A stretch of DNA of 64,000 nt, taken from the NCBI GenBank assembly GCA_001599295.1, contig BCGN01000008.1:1054001-1118000 (forward strand). The letters run 5' to 3'. This document shows, piece after piece, positions 47,764-59,770 of the stretch. The position numbers were made by a program, and so were the translations under genes. Under the pieces are notes generated by a model that searched no databases, had not been told where the DNA came from, and saw nothing but the letters and a program-made list of their open reading frames with translations. The DNA is from Sporopachydermia quercuum. Its lineage: Eukaryota. The number at the start of each line of letters is the position of its first letter. Within the stretch, counting starts at the first letter, position 1.

Positions 47764-48616
47764 CCCGGACTCAACTAAGGCTCTTATCGTTTTAAACTCT
47801 TCAAAATTAGTCAATGACTTCACTTTCTTCTTGTCACTAGAAACAGTAGGTTCTTTCGCCAACCTCCTTGCTTCTTGATTAAAATATCGAACTGGCTGAT
47901 TGAATAATCTCCAAAAGATTCCCTTTCTCACTCTGACAATTTGAGCTTTATTGAGCCGCCAGTTTATAAAATGTATCGACCTAATTGTGGATAGTATTTT
48001 TGTATGTTTTACTTCTGTCGTAATGGATACCAGTTCAAACCAATCCTTTTTGTGCTTCAAGCGACTGATTACTTAATCAAGTAGACGTGATATTTGATAC
48101 AATAATTCAGATTCTACTTAGATACTATGACATAGCAGTAAAATGCATATAGCTCAGAATGATCAACGCAAATGATTTTTACTGGCAGGTAGTTAGGATT
48201 TTGTTGTCCCTAAACTACTACCACTCTAAATGAGTTGGGCGCTTAAAAGTGAAAAATGACTCTTCTGTTCGTTCGTTCATTATTTGTTTGCAACTAAAAC
48301 GGTCTTGCAAATATCCCCTCTCACATTTCTTAAATAGGTAATTGTACACTTGGCGACTCATTATAAAGGTTAATGACATAGGTGTGATAAACAGTAGTAC
48401 TAGTTATACAGTTCCAACATAACCTGCCTGCTATAAGAAGTGGGTGTTCATAGGGATGAGTAGAGAGTAAGGAATTGAAAATGAAGATGAGCTGCTAACA
48501 TTAGAGAACTTCGATATTTTGTTGTTCATATTCTACAGAACGGCATTCAATTGTCCAATTGACTGCTTAGATATTGAAACTAGAACATACTTAGAGCAGA
48601 AGTACATTGGTTCATA

Positions 48617-49120
48617 ATGCCTCATCCAAAAACCATTTCCTACAAAAGTATGTGCAAAGAGCAAGATCAACTACTAATATATATATCTTAGTTGTTTAAG
48701 AGTTGAATACTAACAATTTTTGCGCTAGAGAAACTCAATTTGAGTGTAGAGCAGCTTTTGACCCGATATTCGGGTTTGTTCGACCTTTTATCTTCAAGCG
48801 ACAAAACCCAAGATAAAATCCTCACAGAAACACTACAAATAGAATACAATGCAAGTGCTATTATACGCGAGATAGAAGATCTCTTGACTATTACCAGAAG
48901 CATGAAAGAAATGTGGATACTGGGACAAGTTCAAGCTGATTCTGTTAAATATGATGGAGGTAATAGTGATAATATAGCTCAGTTGGGGAAAACACGGGAA
49001 TTGAGTGAATTACTAGATAAGTTGTTGACTCAAGTATCAAATACTCAAACAAATGATATAACTGATGCTGTTGTTATTGATAACAGTCCAAATAATGAAA
49101 GTCTTAAAGTGGTTGAATAA
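48617..49120 (+). CDS. SRB6: Mediator subunit 22, 140 aa; exons 48617-48647, 48729-49120
   Basis: The intron GTATGT...TACTAAC...TAG supplies an in-frame ATG exon; motif IIREIEDLLTITRSMKEMWILGQ. Confidence 0.85.
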
Positions 49121-49873
49121 ATGAATAACAGATTTATCAAGACTGTTGAACAAGAACGCTGGTTGACCTCACGGATGCTACAGTCCATACAAGATATGCA
49201 CACATATCAATTGTGTTGCAAGTTGTATCAGTGCTGAAATGCACAACAAAAAGATGAAAAAGACAGAATAAATGCTGTATCTTGTTGCAATAGTAGCAAG
49301 TAATTCTTTTCAAGAAATATGCCTCTTTGAGTAGGTGACAATAATAATAGTTGCGAAGTCATTGTTGAGCCATGCTGCTTACTACTAGCTTGATAGATAT
49401 AAACTGGTGTACGTTTGAACCATTTTATCAAATAGCTTGATTATAAATGTTCCGAGGCTTTTTTAAAGGATATGGAAACAAGTCTTTCAGATCTACTTCT
49501 GTGTCTACATGTGTCACCATTTACATATCAGTTTACGAGAGGAGTAACCATTGGTAGATTTAGTCACCTGCACAATCGTTAGGTATTTACTGCTGTTACT
49601 ATAATAATAATTGCTGTGATACTTAGTTTTCTCAGTGGTATTATATATCAGAATGAAAGATATCTGATAACTAAATGGTAACAACAAGGGCAATGGATCG
49701 GCCATAGAAAATACCCATTTGAATAACTTGAGATTCCTCAACCAAATGCTCAGTTTTATGAACGAATACTTTCAAGATTTGGAAGCTTGAACAATGGCAC
49801 ATTGCTCGCACACTTTATTGATTGTTGGAAATATTTAGCATTACTTCCACTATATTATTTTCATCGTAGTTCA

Positions 49874-49929
49874 TTCATCATATTTTATTCATCATATTTT
49901 ATTCGTCATATTTTGTTCGTCATATTATA
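49874..49929. repeat. 14-bp imperfect tandem repeat x4 (TTCRTCATATTTTR) downstream of the MDM34-like gene
   Basis: ttcatcatatttta, ttcatcatatttta, ttcgtcatattttg, ttcgtcatattata. Confidence 0.85.
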
Positions 49930-50059
49930 CATTTTATTGTCACCATTCTATACTTTATAAACTACATAGAACTCATACATACATCCTTACCACCAATTCA
50001 ACAACAAGAACTGACTAGTCGTAACCAAACCATATATTCTATGCACTAATTCAAAAACC

Positions 50060-53000
50060 TCAATCTTCTGTCAAATCATTATCAAACTGCATCACCGGCT
50101 CCAAAAACGTATTTGATGTAAAGAACTCTCCAGACTTCTGTTTTACCTCATCACTAACATATCGATTCTTACTAAATCGCCGCTCAGGTTGTTTGTTCCT
50201 GTAGTTCATAGTCATATACCGTGATGGAATCATTCCATCATCATCTATAATGGCCGATTCACTTAATCTCAAGCTTGGCGATGGCCATCCATTGGTATTA
50301 TTCATGCTGCTGTTATTATGTGCGTTCAAATCTGGCACGGAGCTGGTTTCCAACGAAAAACTAGGCGAATGCGAATTTGAGCCTGTATTTGAATATTTCG
50401 GAGGTTTTGGCGATGTGCAGTTTGATAGAGACACCGATGCCGATGCTGATGAGTATCGAAACATTTCTTCAGACTGAGCAGGTGAAAATGAAGAAGCAAC
50501 AGGAGCGTTGAGAGGATTGACGGCAACAGCATTTGTGCTGTTAGTATCTCCATGAAAACCAGGAGTATAATAGTTACTATTAGCACGCATACTGCTATTG
50601 TTGGTGTTATTCTTGCTATTAGCTATTCTGTCTGATGCACTATTCTGCTTGCCGTAGCCTCCATAATGTGGAGACCCATTGGCAGTGCTAGTACTGTTTG
50701 ATCGTATAAAATTGTTCCCACTATGTAAAGCGTTTCTATGTCCTTTGCTAAAAGGATTTCTATCGATATTGCTGCTAGGCATCTCTGACTGTGATCTACC
50801 CATGAAAGAAGCATCAATTGAAGGTATCTCTTCAATTGTATAGTTAGAATAGTTTTTACCAGTATTCGCTGGTGATGATTTGATAGAAGAAGGAGTAGAC
50901 ACAAACTGTGGAGAATGGAAATTTGATCCCAATGGTTGAGCTGGAGTTGCACTAGGATAGAACATGTTTTGAATATCTCTTTCGCTTAGAAATTTATACA
51001 TATTCTTGTTGTTACTTGACCCAAACGAAGAATCCAATGTATCGTTGTATGAAGAAGAGTTTAATGGCACCGAAGAAGAAGCATTAAAACCTGGCGGTGT
51101 AAATATACTGGCAGCACTTGTAGAATCTGCATTGCTGTGCATATGAATACTATCAATAGTGGAGTCTCCACTAGGAGAACAAGTGGTACTGTTAGGAGCA
51201 TCACCAGATTTACTTCCTGGAGAGTTTACGGCATTTGATAGTTTCTGCAAGGAGATTTTTCTTCTGGAACGCCTTTTAGCAGTTTGAGAGTGAGTGTTAT
51301 TGTTGCTGTTGCTGTTATTGCTGGTAACAGTACTACTACTACTACTATTACCAGCACTATATCTGTAATTCATATTCTTGGAGCTTCTCTTTCTTCCCAC
51401 GCCATTTTGAAGATAGAACCAATCAGCAACATCGTCAACAGGGATTTTGATGACATCGTCCTTAGAGCTGGCACTATTGCTATTGCTGCTGCTGACACTG
51501 CTATTTGGTGCTATTGATGTTGTTGTGATGGTAGTATTGGCAGAGTTACATTTGGATGCTGTAGTAGTTGTTGTAGTAGTTGACAGCGATATACTAGAGG
51601 CACTTGGTCTGATACTTTCATTGTTGCTATTGTTGCTATTACTACCAGCAGAGCTGTCACCAGCACTCCCATAAGTATTGACCATAGTGCTAACACTAGC
51701 ATTACTACCAACCAAACTGCTATCACCAGTATTAAACCCAATTCCTTTTTCGCCTCCTAAACTGGGCCTATAGCAGAATTCACTTATTGTCTCCGTATCT
51801 AACGCCAAAGTGTTCTGAGCTTTGAATCTATGTCCATTCACCATACTAAAAGGACTAGTGAGCCATTGTAAAGATTTATTGGATTTGATGAGCGTAGGAA
51901 TATCTGGTAGCAGGTCAATCAAAGCTGTTAATCTGCTTGACTCTTCTGCTTCTTTTTTTCGCTGCTTCTTCAATTCGAGTTCCAGTTTCTCTTTATAATC
52001 AAAAAACTGGTCAAAGGAAAATGGTTCATTGGGATTGTCAATTATATACTTGCTTATATCTTTAATGAGATTTGGTATATCATCGTTAATGAATTCCTTG
52101 ATCATTTCTTTTACCTCTTGTTTCAACATGTCAGACACTTTTGGTGCTTCTTTTGCCAAACTACTGGTAACATGTAAAGAGATCAAAGGATCATTGCGAA
52201 AAGTTAAGCTTATACCTGGAGCAGCGTTAGAAGAGCAATGAGAATTATGATGAAAAGAATGAGAATATGCTTGCGAGTTGGATGTGCTGTGTGAATTGGA
52301 ATGTGGTCTCCTGTTTGCCGATTCTGTTGATGTTGAGTTAGAAGTCATTCTACTGTCTTCAGGAATCCCATTTGATGCTGTTGTCAAATTATTCTCATTC
52401 ATACCAGTAAAATAGTCGCTTTGTACATTACCAATGCCACCTTGTAGATTATCTGTCGAGACCTTTTCACTTCCTTCCGCGGAATCAACAAGAGATGTAA
52501 AGGCTGTTTGGATTTTGTCTCTGATCTCCCTATTGCTTTTACTTATATTTTCACCATCGCTATCTATGACACTACTAAGGTTAGCAGCACTAGCAGGCAA
52601 ATGACATGATATAGATACCAATCCATCTAATTGGATTTCAGAGATCTCCAGTTTCAAAGGTAATTTCATGGAGGCATCAGCTAATAGGAAATCAGGTTTG
52701 ACGAATTCCGGGGTTGATATTCTATATAAATCCAAAGGATTTGATTCCAGCATTGTATGTAGGTTGATAATAGCATCTCCCTGATAGGAGAATTTGAATA
52801 AGGCCACAAAAGTCGTTAGTGAGAAAGCAGAAACCTCAACGATTTCCAGGTGCGGTGGTCGATGGCCCAGAGTTATATCTATAATTGAAATAGGAGCACA
52901 CACCGGGTGTTTGGCCGGAGTTGAGTTGATTGCGTTAGACAGTGCTTCACAACATGCTGCAGAAAGGATATAGCCATTAGAGCCATAGGACGTGGTATCA

Positions 53001-53191
53001 ATGTTTATATCTGATGATAAGGGTAATGCATGGTCTATGTCAGAGACCGTGGAAGATTCATAGTCTTTGGAGTGAGTAGAACTTGTGGACCCAGAGCCTG
53101 ATGCAGTTGATGGTCTAGTAGAAAGGTTGCTGATACCAGCAGGATATTTCTTTCTATGCCGAGAAGAAGGCCAAGACCAAAGAAATGACAT
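50060..53191 (-). CDS. MDM34: Mdm34-like ERMES SMP-domain protein with long Ser/Asn-rich regions, 1043 aa
   Basis: MSFxxxW start, LG.RPPHLEIVEV, FKFSYQGDA, ESNPL, GISLTFRNDPLISLHVTSS, DDIPNLI and basic KRRSRRKISL. Confidence 0.75.
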   Translation of the reverse strand: MSFLWSWPSSRHRKKYPAGISNLSTRPSTASGSGSTSSTHSKDYESSTVSDIDHALPLSSDINIDTTSYGSNGYILSAACCEALSNAINSTPAKHPVCAPISIIDITLGHRPPHLEIVEVSAFSLTTFVALFKFSYQGDAIINLHTMLESNPLDLYRISTPEFVKPDFLLADASMKLPLKLEISEIQLDGLVSISCHLPASAANLSSVIDSDGENISKSNREIRDKIQTAFTSLVDSAEGSEKVSTDNLQGGIGNVQSDYFTGMNENNLTTASNGIPEDSRMTSNSTSTESANRRPHSNSHSTSNSQAYSHSFHHNSHCSSNAAPGISLTFRNDPLISLHVTSSLAKEAPKVSDMLKQEVKEMIKEFINDDIPNLIKDISKYIIDNPNEPFSFDQFFDYKEKLELELKKQRKKEAEESSRLTALIDLLPDIPTLIKSNKSLQWLTSPFSMVNGHRFKAQNTLALDTETISEFCYRPSLGGEKGIGFNTGDSSLVGSNASVSTMVNTYGSAGDSSAGSNSNNSNNESIRPSASSISLSTTTTTTTASKCNSANTTITTTSIAPNSSVSSSNSNSASSKDDVIKIPVDDVADWFYLQNGVGRKRSSKNMNYRYSAGNSSSSSTVTSNNSNSNNNTHSQTAKRRSRRKISLQKLSNAVNSPGSKSGDAPNSTTCSPSGDSTIDSIHMHSNADSTSAASIFTPPGFNASSSVPLNSSSYNDTLDSSFGSSNNKNMYKFLSERDIQNMFYPSATPAQPLGSNFHSPQFVSTPSSIKSSPANTGKNYSNYTIEEIPSIDASFMGRSQSEMPSSNIDRNPFSKGHRNALHSGNNFIRSNSTSTANGSPHYGGYGKQNSASDRIANSKNNTNNSSMRANSNYYTPGFHGDTNSTNAVAVNPLNAPVASSFSPAQSEEMFRYSSASASVSLSNCTSPKPPKYSNTGSNSHSPSFSLETSSVPDLNAHNNSSMNNTNGWPSPSLRLSESAIIDDDGMIPSRYMTMNYRNKQPERRFSKNRYVSDEVKQKSGEFFTSNTFLEPVMQFDNDLTED

Positions 53192-54638
53192 TTTTTTAGG
53201 ACGGTTATAGTTTCTTGCGTTCCAACTTATTGGTTTTTAATAGCGTAATGTAGCAGTAGAGATGACTTAACCTTTCGTACTATGTATATTTATGCTTTCC
53301 AGTTTGATGGCTTCGTCTAGCTGATATAAAACTTCAAAATAAAAGATCCTTAGTAGATCAAATCCACCTCAAGTATTGAACTATTGAGCTGTTCAACTTC
53401 TACGTGAAGAATGGTACTATTCCTCTACTGATACCATTGAATATCAATAGCTCAATAGATAATACCTCATGAACTTCTAACTCAACAACTTGTTTGAGAG
53501 CCAATGCAACACGTAAACAGTAACTGACTTCCAACCAATCATTCTAACTCACTTTAGTTTCATAAAATCATGTATCAGGTACTTTGAGAGCAGAAAAACA
53601 ACTACTCATTCCTTCTTTAATCTATAATAGTCCTGTAATTCTTGCCTCTACTTGCTTATAATCCGCAAAAATTACCCCAAAGGAACAATACAGAGTGATT
53701 ATTGTATGACGTAATCTAAATATGGGCCGAAACAGGCAAGGACAAACAAAGTTGTAAGTGACTATGGGGTTTGAACTTTAAACGGCAACTTGCATAAGAA
53801 TGTTGGAAAATCCAACAATGAGTGGGTACTTGGGGGATGGGTTGAGCTATGAAAGAATTAAGGATTTCGTTTTACTTTGTATCTAGGGTTCATTTCAACA
53901 TTATAAAGGTTTTTGGTTGTTACTTTGAGGAGACTTTGATAACAGGAATAGAGACTTTGGTGATTACATGAAGAGGTGGAAGGAGTGGTTGGAAGTAAGT
54001 GGGGGTAGGATGGGAGATATTAGGGGCTGAATACCATTCGCAGGACTGAAGAAAAATGTGTTGGGGACAGGAAATGATTACTAAAATGAAGATTCGGTTC
54101 AAACAAAGGACTATAATCCGTATTTTTCTTGATTTATTAAACAAAAATTGGTCATACTATGCATATGTTCATGATTAAGATGTCGTTGTTTCCCGATTAT
54201 GTGATCACGGTTTGTATGTATATATATGCAGTAACATGCACTATTTTGGATTCATGCATCGTCCCTGTAGGCACATGGGCTTCTGAATTGGCACGTTTCG
54301 ATAGGATGATAACTCGATAGAAGAAAAGCTAGCAATTCTATTATTGATGCCGTTACAACGGATAGATGATCTAATTAAGCATGCATGCATATACAAGCAC
54401 CTGCCTCTTTCCAAGCCAGATGGGAATCTCTGACAGTACAGCCATACTATATCCTTTATCCTGCAGGATCTCATGAATTTATGCTGTGGAACTTCTCATG
54501 AGACATAACTCGTCGTTTCTTTTCTAAAATAGAACAATACATTCTGATTAAAAAGTCAGAATGTACTCATTCATTTTGTCTAGTTGATATTTGCCTTCTT
54601 CTGCGCCATATACACCATCAGGTACTAACATCTATCTT

Positions 54639-55165
54639 TCATAGATACTTCTTTGCTGCAGCTATCACCTTGGCATCAAAAGTTGTATTTCTAATTACAT
54701 CATTCAAATTGTAAAATGGAGATAGTAGAGTTTTCGCATATAAGTCTGCAACATCAGAAAGAAACTGCCTGATAGCTTCTTCTGCTTTTATTTCATGAAC
54801 GAGTAGTAGCTTTGCATTTCCTGGTGTAACGTACGCTGAAATAAACCTTCCATAGAACCCATCAACAACTTTCAAATATAGCTGATTGGTATTCCATTGA
54901 ACTTCTTCCACAACGTCTAAAGCAGCATGAACTATCAAAGGGTTCATTTCAACCATCTCAGGTGAAAACTACGGAAATTTGTTAGCAATCGATGATGGAA
55001 ATAACCTGCATAATGAACGACTAATAAACAAATGCATAAACCACATTTCAAAATTCAAAATAAACTTACCTTTGCCTTTCCATCCCCACCCTGACGAAAT
55101 GATCCAAATTGTAATTCGTATAGTGGAACGTCAGTAGTTCCTATGATTGCCAAATAGTAAGACAT
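54639..55165 (-). CDS. TRS20: TRAPP subunit Trs20/sedlin, 141 aa; exons 55165-55070, 54968-54639
   Basis: MSYYLAIIGTTDVPLYE, NPLIVHAALDVVEE, LYLKVVD, LLSPFY and FDAKV...AKKYL; intron GTAAGT...GCTAAC...TAG. Confidence 0.95.
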
Positions 55166-56437
55166 ATTGATGTTGAAAGGGTTCTAGCCTGCACAATTTT
55201 GATACTGATTTGGTTGAGAATCAGCAGAATACCAACGAAATTATAGCTCAATTGCAGTCAAAAGCCAATAAAATAGTACATTGAATTTCTAAGGAATTAT
55301 TTTCTCTCACTGATTTCAATTGATGTATCGCGCACGAGTGGTTGGTCTACGAAAAGAGAACTCTATTACAGCTCTCCTTACTACTCACAGGTGTTCTTCA
55401 ATGTATCCAATAAACATATGCTCTCACTATACAATTCTGGCCAATCCAGCTTGAAAAATATTCAGCATGAGCTCCAATACAAGTTTTCACAATAAGTTCA
55501 AGCATCTATCATAAACTAACAGTGCAAAACATACAACTTGCACTGAACACTGAAAGATAGCCAGATTGTCTGTTGGTTCTCTTTCACCTTTTTTGAAGGA
55601 TATTTTAAGTATTACATAATCATCTAAAATATAACTCTCATCTTTAGACCTCCCCTTAGTGATTTTACTAGATTAAAGTTCATCTACTTTCAGATAAGTA
55701 ATAAATATTTCCTCTTTCGGAACTAGTTGAACATCAAGAGGGAAATTTATTATAAATGATTGACTTAATGGTTAATAAACAGAATAGAACAAGAAAGAGT
55801 AACCCCAGTTACTATTTTGAATATTTGATTCAACGTGTAAGTCAGCTCAATCTGTAAATTCTATGTATTGATCTTGACTCAATTCTTCTCTTTCCCTTGC
55901 TGTTCGCTCAACAACTTGATATTTGTCACATGCCTATTTGCTTAACATTAAAGTATGTAAACACCTATTTTGGGACAGTGCTGTATCCATGTAAATTTTC
56001 TTGCTTCGCTTTTGTTCTTTCTATTTTTATCTTCATGTATTTTGATTATCCATATTCCGCATCCTTCAGGATCCTCATATTAATGGTATCATCTACTTCA
56101 TTAATTCTATTAGATATTGCTGACAGAGTTTCTTGTTTCAACGGAAGGATTGAGAACGACAGTAATGCTTTGCTGACTAACTCCCATTACAAAGAACAAG
56201 CCACTGGTTCTACACCGTAGATCAGCTTCAACACGGCTGATATCATCGAGTTTATCGAGTATTCAAATCGTTAATTCAAAACCAGATCATCAAATATAAA
56301 CAGCTTATGATTGATAGGACAAACATTTAAAAAAGTCCTTCAGCTTGTCCTTTGGAAAGGAAGGGTCTTTTCCCAACATACTATCAGGATATTCAATACA
56401 TATTCTGATTCTTACTCATATTCACATAATATCAATT

Positions 56438-59400
56438 ATGGACAAGCTAAGGAAGCCACCATTGGCATCTTCATCACCAACTTCACCTTCAACGATTACC
56501 ACAGCAAAGAGTTCAGTTGCCACCTCGAATACTGCTGTTCAAAATTCACCAAGATCTCCAAGGGGTGTAACTGATACGATAACTGGTAAACGAAAGTATT
56601 CCAAAAAGATTGGTACTCAACTATCGTCATTCAAACTCCTGAAACAAAATGGCATTAAGTCGAAGGTTGGCAGCAGTAAAGCTTCCAATAAGGAAGACAT
56701 TGCAAGCCAGTTTTTGGATACTTCTGTTGATGACCATAAACAAGAAGTAAGTCTTAACGCTGTTGACAATGAGGGTTCATCTTCAGATCAGATTTCTGGT
56801 GTCAGCACGTTTGGAAAAGAGTCAGAAGAACCAACAATCTCCTTTAAGGGGGTCCAGAAGTCAAATAAATCATCTTCATTATTTTCAGGTAAACGAGGTT
56901 CAAGATCCAGAGCAAATTCAAGAGCAGATTCTTCCAGTAATGCTAAAAGTGTGAATGCAGCTAGCAGCAAAAGAAATAGTACCTCTAAGAGCGAGACAAT
57001 GGGAATTCCTATAAGAAAACCTCAAACTTACAGCAATGCATCAACAATAGAATCATTTGCTGGTGACGCCAGTTATTCTATCAATAATAGCAATATGAAT
57101 AGAAGTACTGATGGTACTAGAAACCGCAATGCTAATGGAAATATGAATGGAAATTTGATGGCACCTGATAATAAAGAGACAATTGGCCAATTGGCCTTAT
57201 TTTTATACGAAATCCAGCAAGGAAGTTTATTAAATTCTAGTCATTTAAATGAGGTATCCGCCGGTGGCTTGAATGCTAACATCGGGAAGGGATATACTGG
57301 TGTTCCGGGTGGTGCAGCGCTTACAGTTGGTCCTGGCCTTGGTGGTACTGTAAATGAAGGCCCAGGTTCAAGTTCAAGTACCACGGATCCTTTTGATTCT
57401 TCACCATTAAGTTCATATAAACAATTACCTGCTCTTCTCATTCCAAATCATAGAAGCAACATTTTCAATACTCAAGATCCAGGGTCTAGCAAGAAAAAAT
57501 TCACTTTGAAATGTTCACCAGCGACACTTGCTCGTGCTGAGAGAATCAAATACACTATGGATTTATACTACCTGACATTAGAGCATATGATCAAAAATCT
57601 CCCGGCATTGTCGCCAATAACTGTCTCAAGTCCTGGCCGCTGTAATGCTTTGGATGATCTTGATAATGGTCTAAGCAGCAATGATCCAAACTTCACACAT
57701 GACCATGTTGAAAGCTATACATTCAATCCTCTGCAAGTGGTAAGAAACAGGGACCAAGCGTTGAAAGAACATAATAATGTCTTAATGACCAGTTTGAAAA
57801 ACAAATATACAAAACTGATCACACCAGCTTCTACGGCCTTCAGCGAAAGGAAAAACAAGACTAAATTCAGATGGGAAGTCACGACTGCTGATTTATTGGA
57901 GGATTATAAATGGCAGATCCAAAACCCTCAGCTAGTGCTTAATAACAAAGGTGAACAGGTATATAAGTTTTGTGCACTTCCAGTCCCTAATGGTAAGTCT
58001 GAATCAAACAAAGGTGCAAGCACATCAAACACATCTAGGCGACCAGCTTCAGAGTACTCAAGTGATGATAACAAATTAACAAGGTCCAACAATAGTGGAG
58101 CGAATGGAAAAGGGTTGGCCTTGATTAATTCAGACTTGATAACGTCTTCTAGAGATTCATCTCCTGATGATACAAGTAATGGTAATGGAATTGGTGTCTA
58201 CAGAGGGAAAAGCATCTCGGAAAGCAGCTTTAACAGTAGCAGGAATCAATCGGGAGTGTATTTAAATCGAGATGATAAATCCGGTTTCATTAGAGAAATC
58301 AATGGTAATGGAATCAACAATGGGAATGGATCTTTGGATCCTAATGTCCCTTTATTCAGTCCTATCTCTGATGATGACAGGCTTACATTCACAGCATCAA
58401 ACCACCACCATGCTGTCCCTAATGATTACGAAACCCCTTCTGTCTTGAGAGTAATACAATCTAAAACACCGGCACAGTCTAACAACTTAGAGTCATCACG
58501 AACACCATCTCCTCATGATAATGATGATTTCATGAAAACTCCAAGTAATACTAATTCTCTGTTCCCTATTGACAATAATAATAATAGCTATGAAGAGCTT
58601 TTGGCAGTTAATGGTTTGCAGAATCTTAATAGTAATGTCACNGCAGGAACCGATAGTGTCAATACAGGCAAGTCATCTATTAGCTATGAAAGAAATGATC
58701 AGTTGCCAGTCTTCATAAAAGCTGGTCCTGGTGCCAATGGTTCTAGTGATGTTAATTCCTCTCTTAGCACTGGCGCTGGAAGTAGCATTGGCGCTAGAAG
58801 TACAGTTAATAGTAATAGCGATAGCTTTACCAATATTGTTGATGCGAATGTGCCAATTGTAGTAGTCACCCCCTCTGACCCTGTCTCTGAATCTATTGCA
58901 TCTGGACCCAGTGAGCAACAGTTGAAGTATCAGCAGTTATTGAAAGAAAGGACATCACAAATAAACAAAGTGAAAAGAGCATTGTCCATAACAGCACTTG
59001 GACATTTATATTTACGGAGAAAACCTATTGAAGCGGAGGCGTTAATGAACTTCAGCCAATGCGAAAGACTCATTGCTGATTTGCAGATGAAAAGTATGAA
59101 ATTCAATGATCTGGTGGAGAAGAAAATCAAACATGAGCTTGTTGAAGATAAAGTAATGAGAGTAAGCGAACTCCGCAATGAAATCACTGATAAATATGCG
59201 ATTCCTGTTGATCAAATGCTTCGAAAGACCGATTTCATGGTTAATGAAGTAAATACAACTTTGCGACTTCATGCCAGAAAACTTAAAGAGAGATTTGATA
59301 GACTGACCTCAAACGATTTACGGTTAAGGCTACGAGCAAGTAGAAATCATATATACAGAGGAATAGCTAGAGCTGAGGACAATCATAGAGGTGCATTTGA

Positions 59401-59770
59401 AGATACTGGTCCTAGTGGTCCTAGGGAGAATGCTGTAATTTATAATGCGATTGAAAACTTATCGGTGGATTTCCCAGCACCACCTGCGGCTACGTTCGAT
59501 GTGTTTTCGAGTATTATGTGGAAAAAATGGGGATATTGGATGGTTGAGAACATAATTGGATTATGTCTTTATATGATTCAGTTCTTCTATTTGATTCTGA
59601 GAGTTGCTATTAGAGTGCTATTGGCTGTGTATGGATTGAAAGATCAGAAATGGTTTTATATATTAGTGCTGGGAATAGTGTTCTTCACACTCCTAGTGCA
59701 AAAAGAAGAGATACCTATATTTTCACTTTTCAGGAGTTATAATAGCTTCTTGAAAATGGGTTCTAAATAG
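56438..59770 (+). CDS. MTC4: Mtc4-like protein (low-complexity, C-terminal TM helices), 1110 aa
   Basis: RAERIK..MDLYY, FNPLQVVRNR, W.V...DL..D..W, EVNTTLRL and GYWMVENII resemble the Mtc4 family as I recall it. Confidence 0.65.
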   Translation: MDKLRKPPLASSSPTSPSTITTAKSSVATSNTAVQNSPRSPRGVTDTITGKRKYSKKIGTQLSSFKLLKQNGIKSKVGSSKASNKEDIASQFLDTSVDDHKQEVSLNAVDNEGSSSDQISGVSTFGKESEEPTISFKGVQKSNKSSSLFSGKRGSRSRANSRADSSSNAKSVNAASSKRNSTSKSETMGIPIRKPQTYSNASTIESFAGDASYSINNSNMNRSTDGTRNRNANGNMNGNLMAPDNKETIGQLALFLYEIQQGSLLNSSHLNEVSAGGLNANIGKGYTGVPGGAALTVGPGLGGTVNEGPGSSSSTTDPFDSSPLSSYKQLPALLIPNHRSNIFNTQDPGSSKKKFTLKCSPATLARAERIKYTMDLYYLTLEHMIKNLPALSPITVSSPGRCNALDDLDNGLSSNDPNFTHDHVESYTFNPLQVVRNRDQALKEHNNVLMTSLKNKYTKLITPASTAFSERKNKTKFRWEVTTADLLEDYKWQIQNPQLVLNNKGEQVYKFCALPVPNGKSESNKGASTSNTSRRPASEYSSDDNKLTRSNNSGANGKGLALINSDLITSSRDSSPDDTSNGNGIGVYRGKSISESSFNSSRNQSGVYLNRDDKSGFIREINGNGINNGNGSLDPNVPLFSPISDDDRLTFTASNHHHAVPNDYETPSVLRVIQSKTPAQSNNLESSRTPSPHDNDDFMKTPSNTNSLFPIDNNNNSYEELLAVNGLQNLNSNVXAGTDSVNTGKSSISYERNDQLPVFIKAGPGANGSSDVNSSLSTGAGSSIGARSTVNSNSDSFTNIVDANVPIVVVTPSDPVSESIASGPSEQQLKYQQLLKERTSQINKVKRALSITALGHLYLRRKPIEAEALMNFSQCERLIADLQMKSMKFNDLVEKKIKHELVEDKVMRVSELRNEITDKYAIPVDQMLRKTDFMVNEVNTTLRLHARKLKERFDRLTSNDLRLRLRASRNHIYRGIARAEDNHRGAFEDTGPSGPRENAVIYNAIENLSVDFPAPPAATFDVFSSIMWKKWGYWMVENIIGLCLYMIQFFYLILRVAIRVLLAVYGLKDQKWFYILVLGIVFFTLLVQKEEIPIFSLFRSYNSFLKMGSK

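Noticed and set aside
56345..56437. TTG-initiated extension of the MTC4-like ORF
   Set aside because: It is short, has no targeting character, and is compatible with a chance open UTR.
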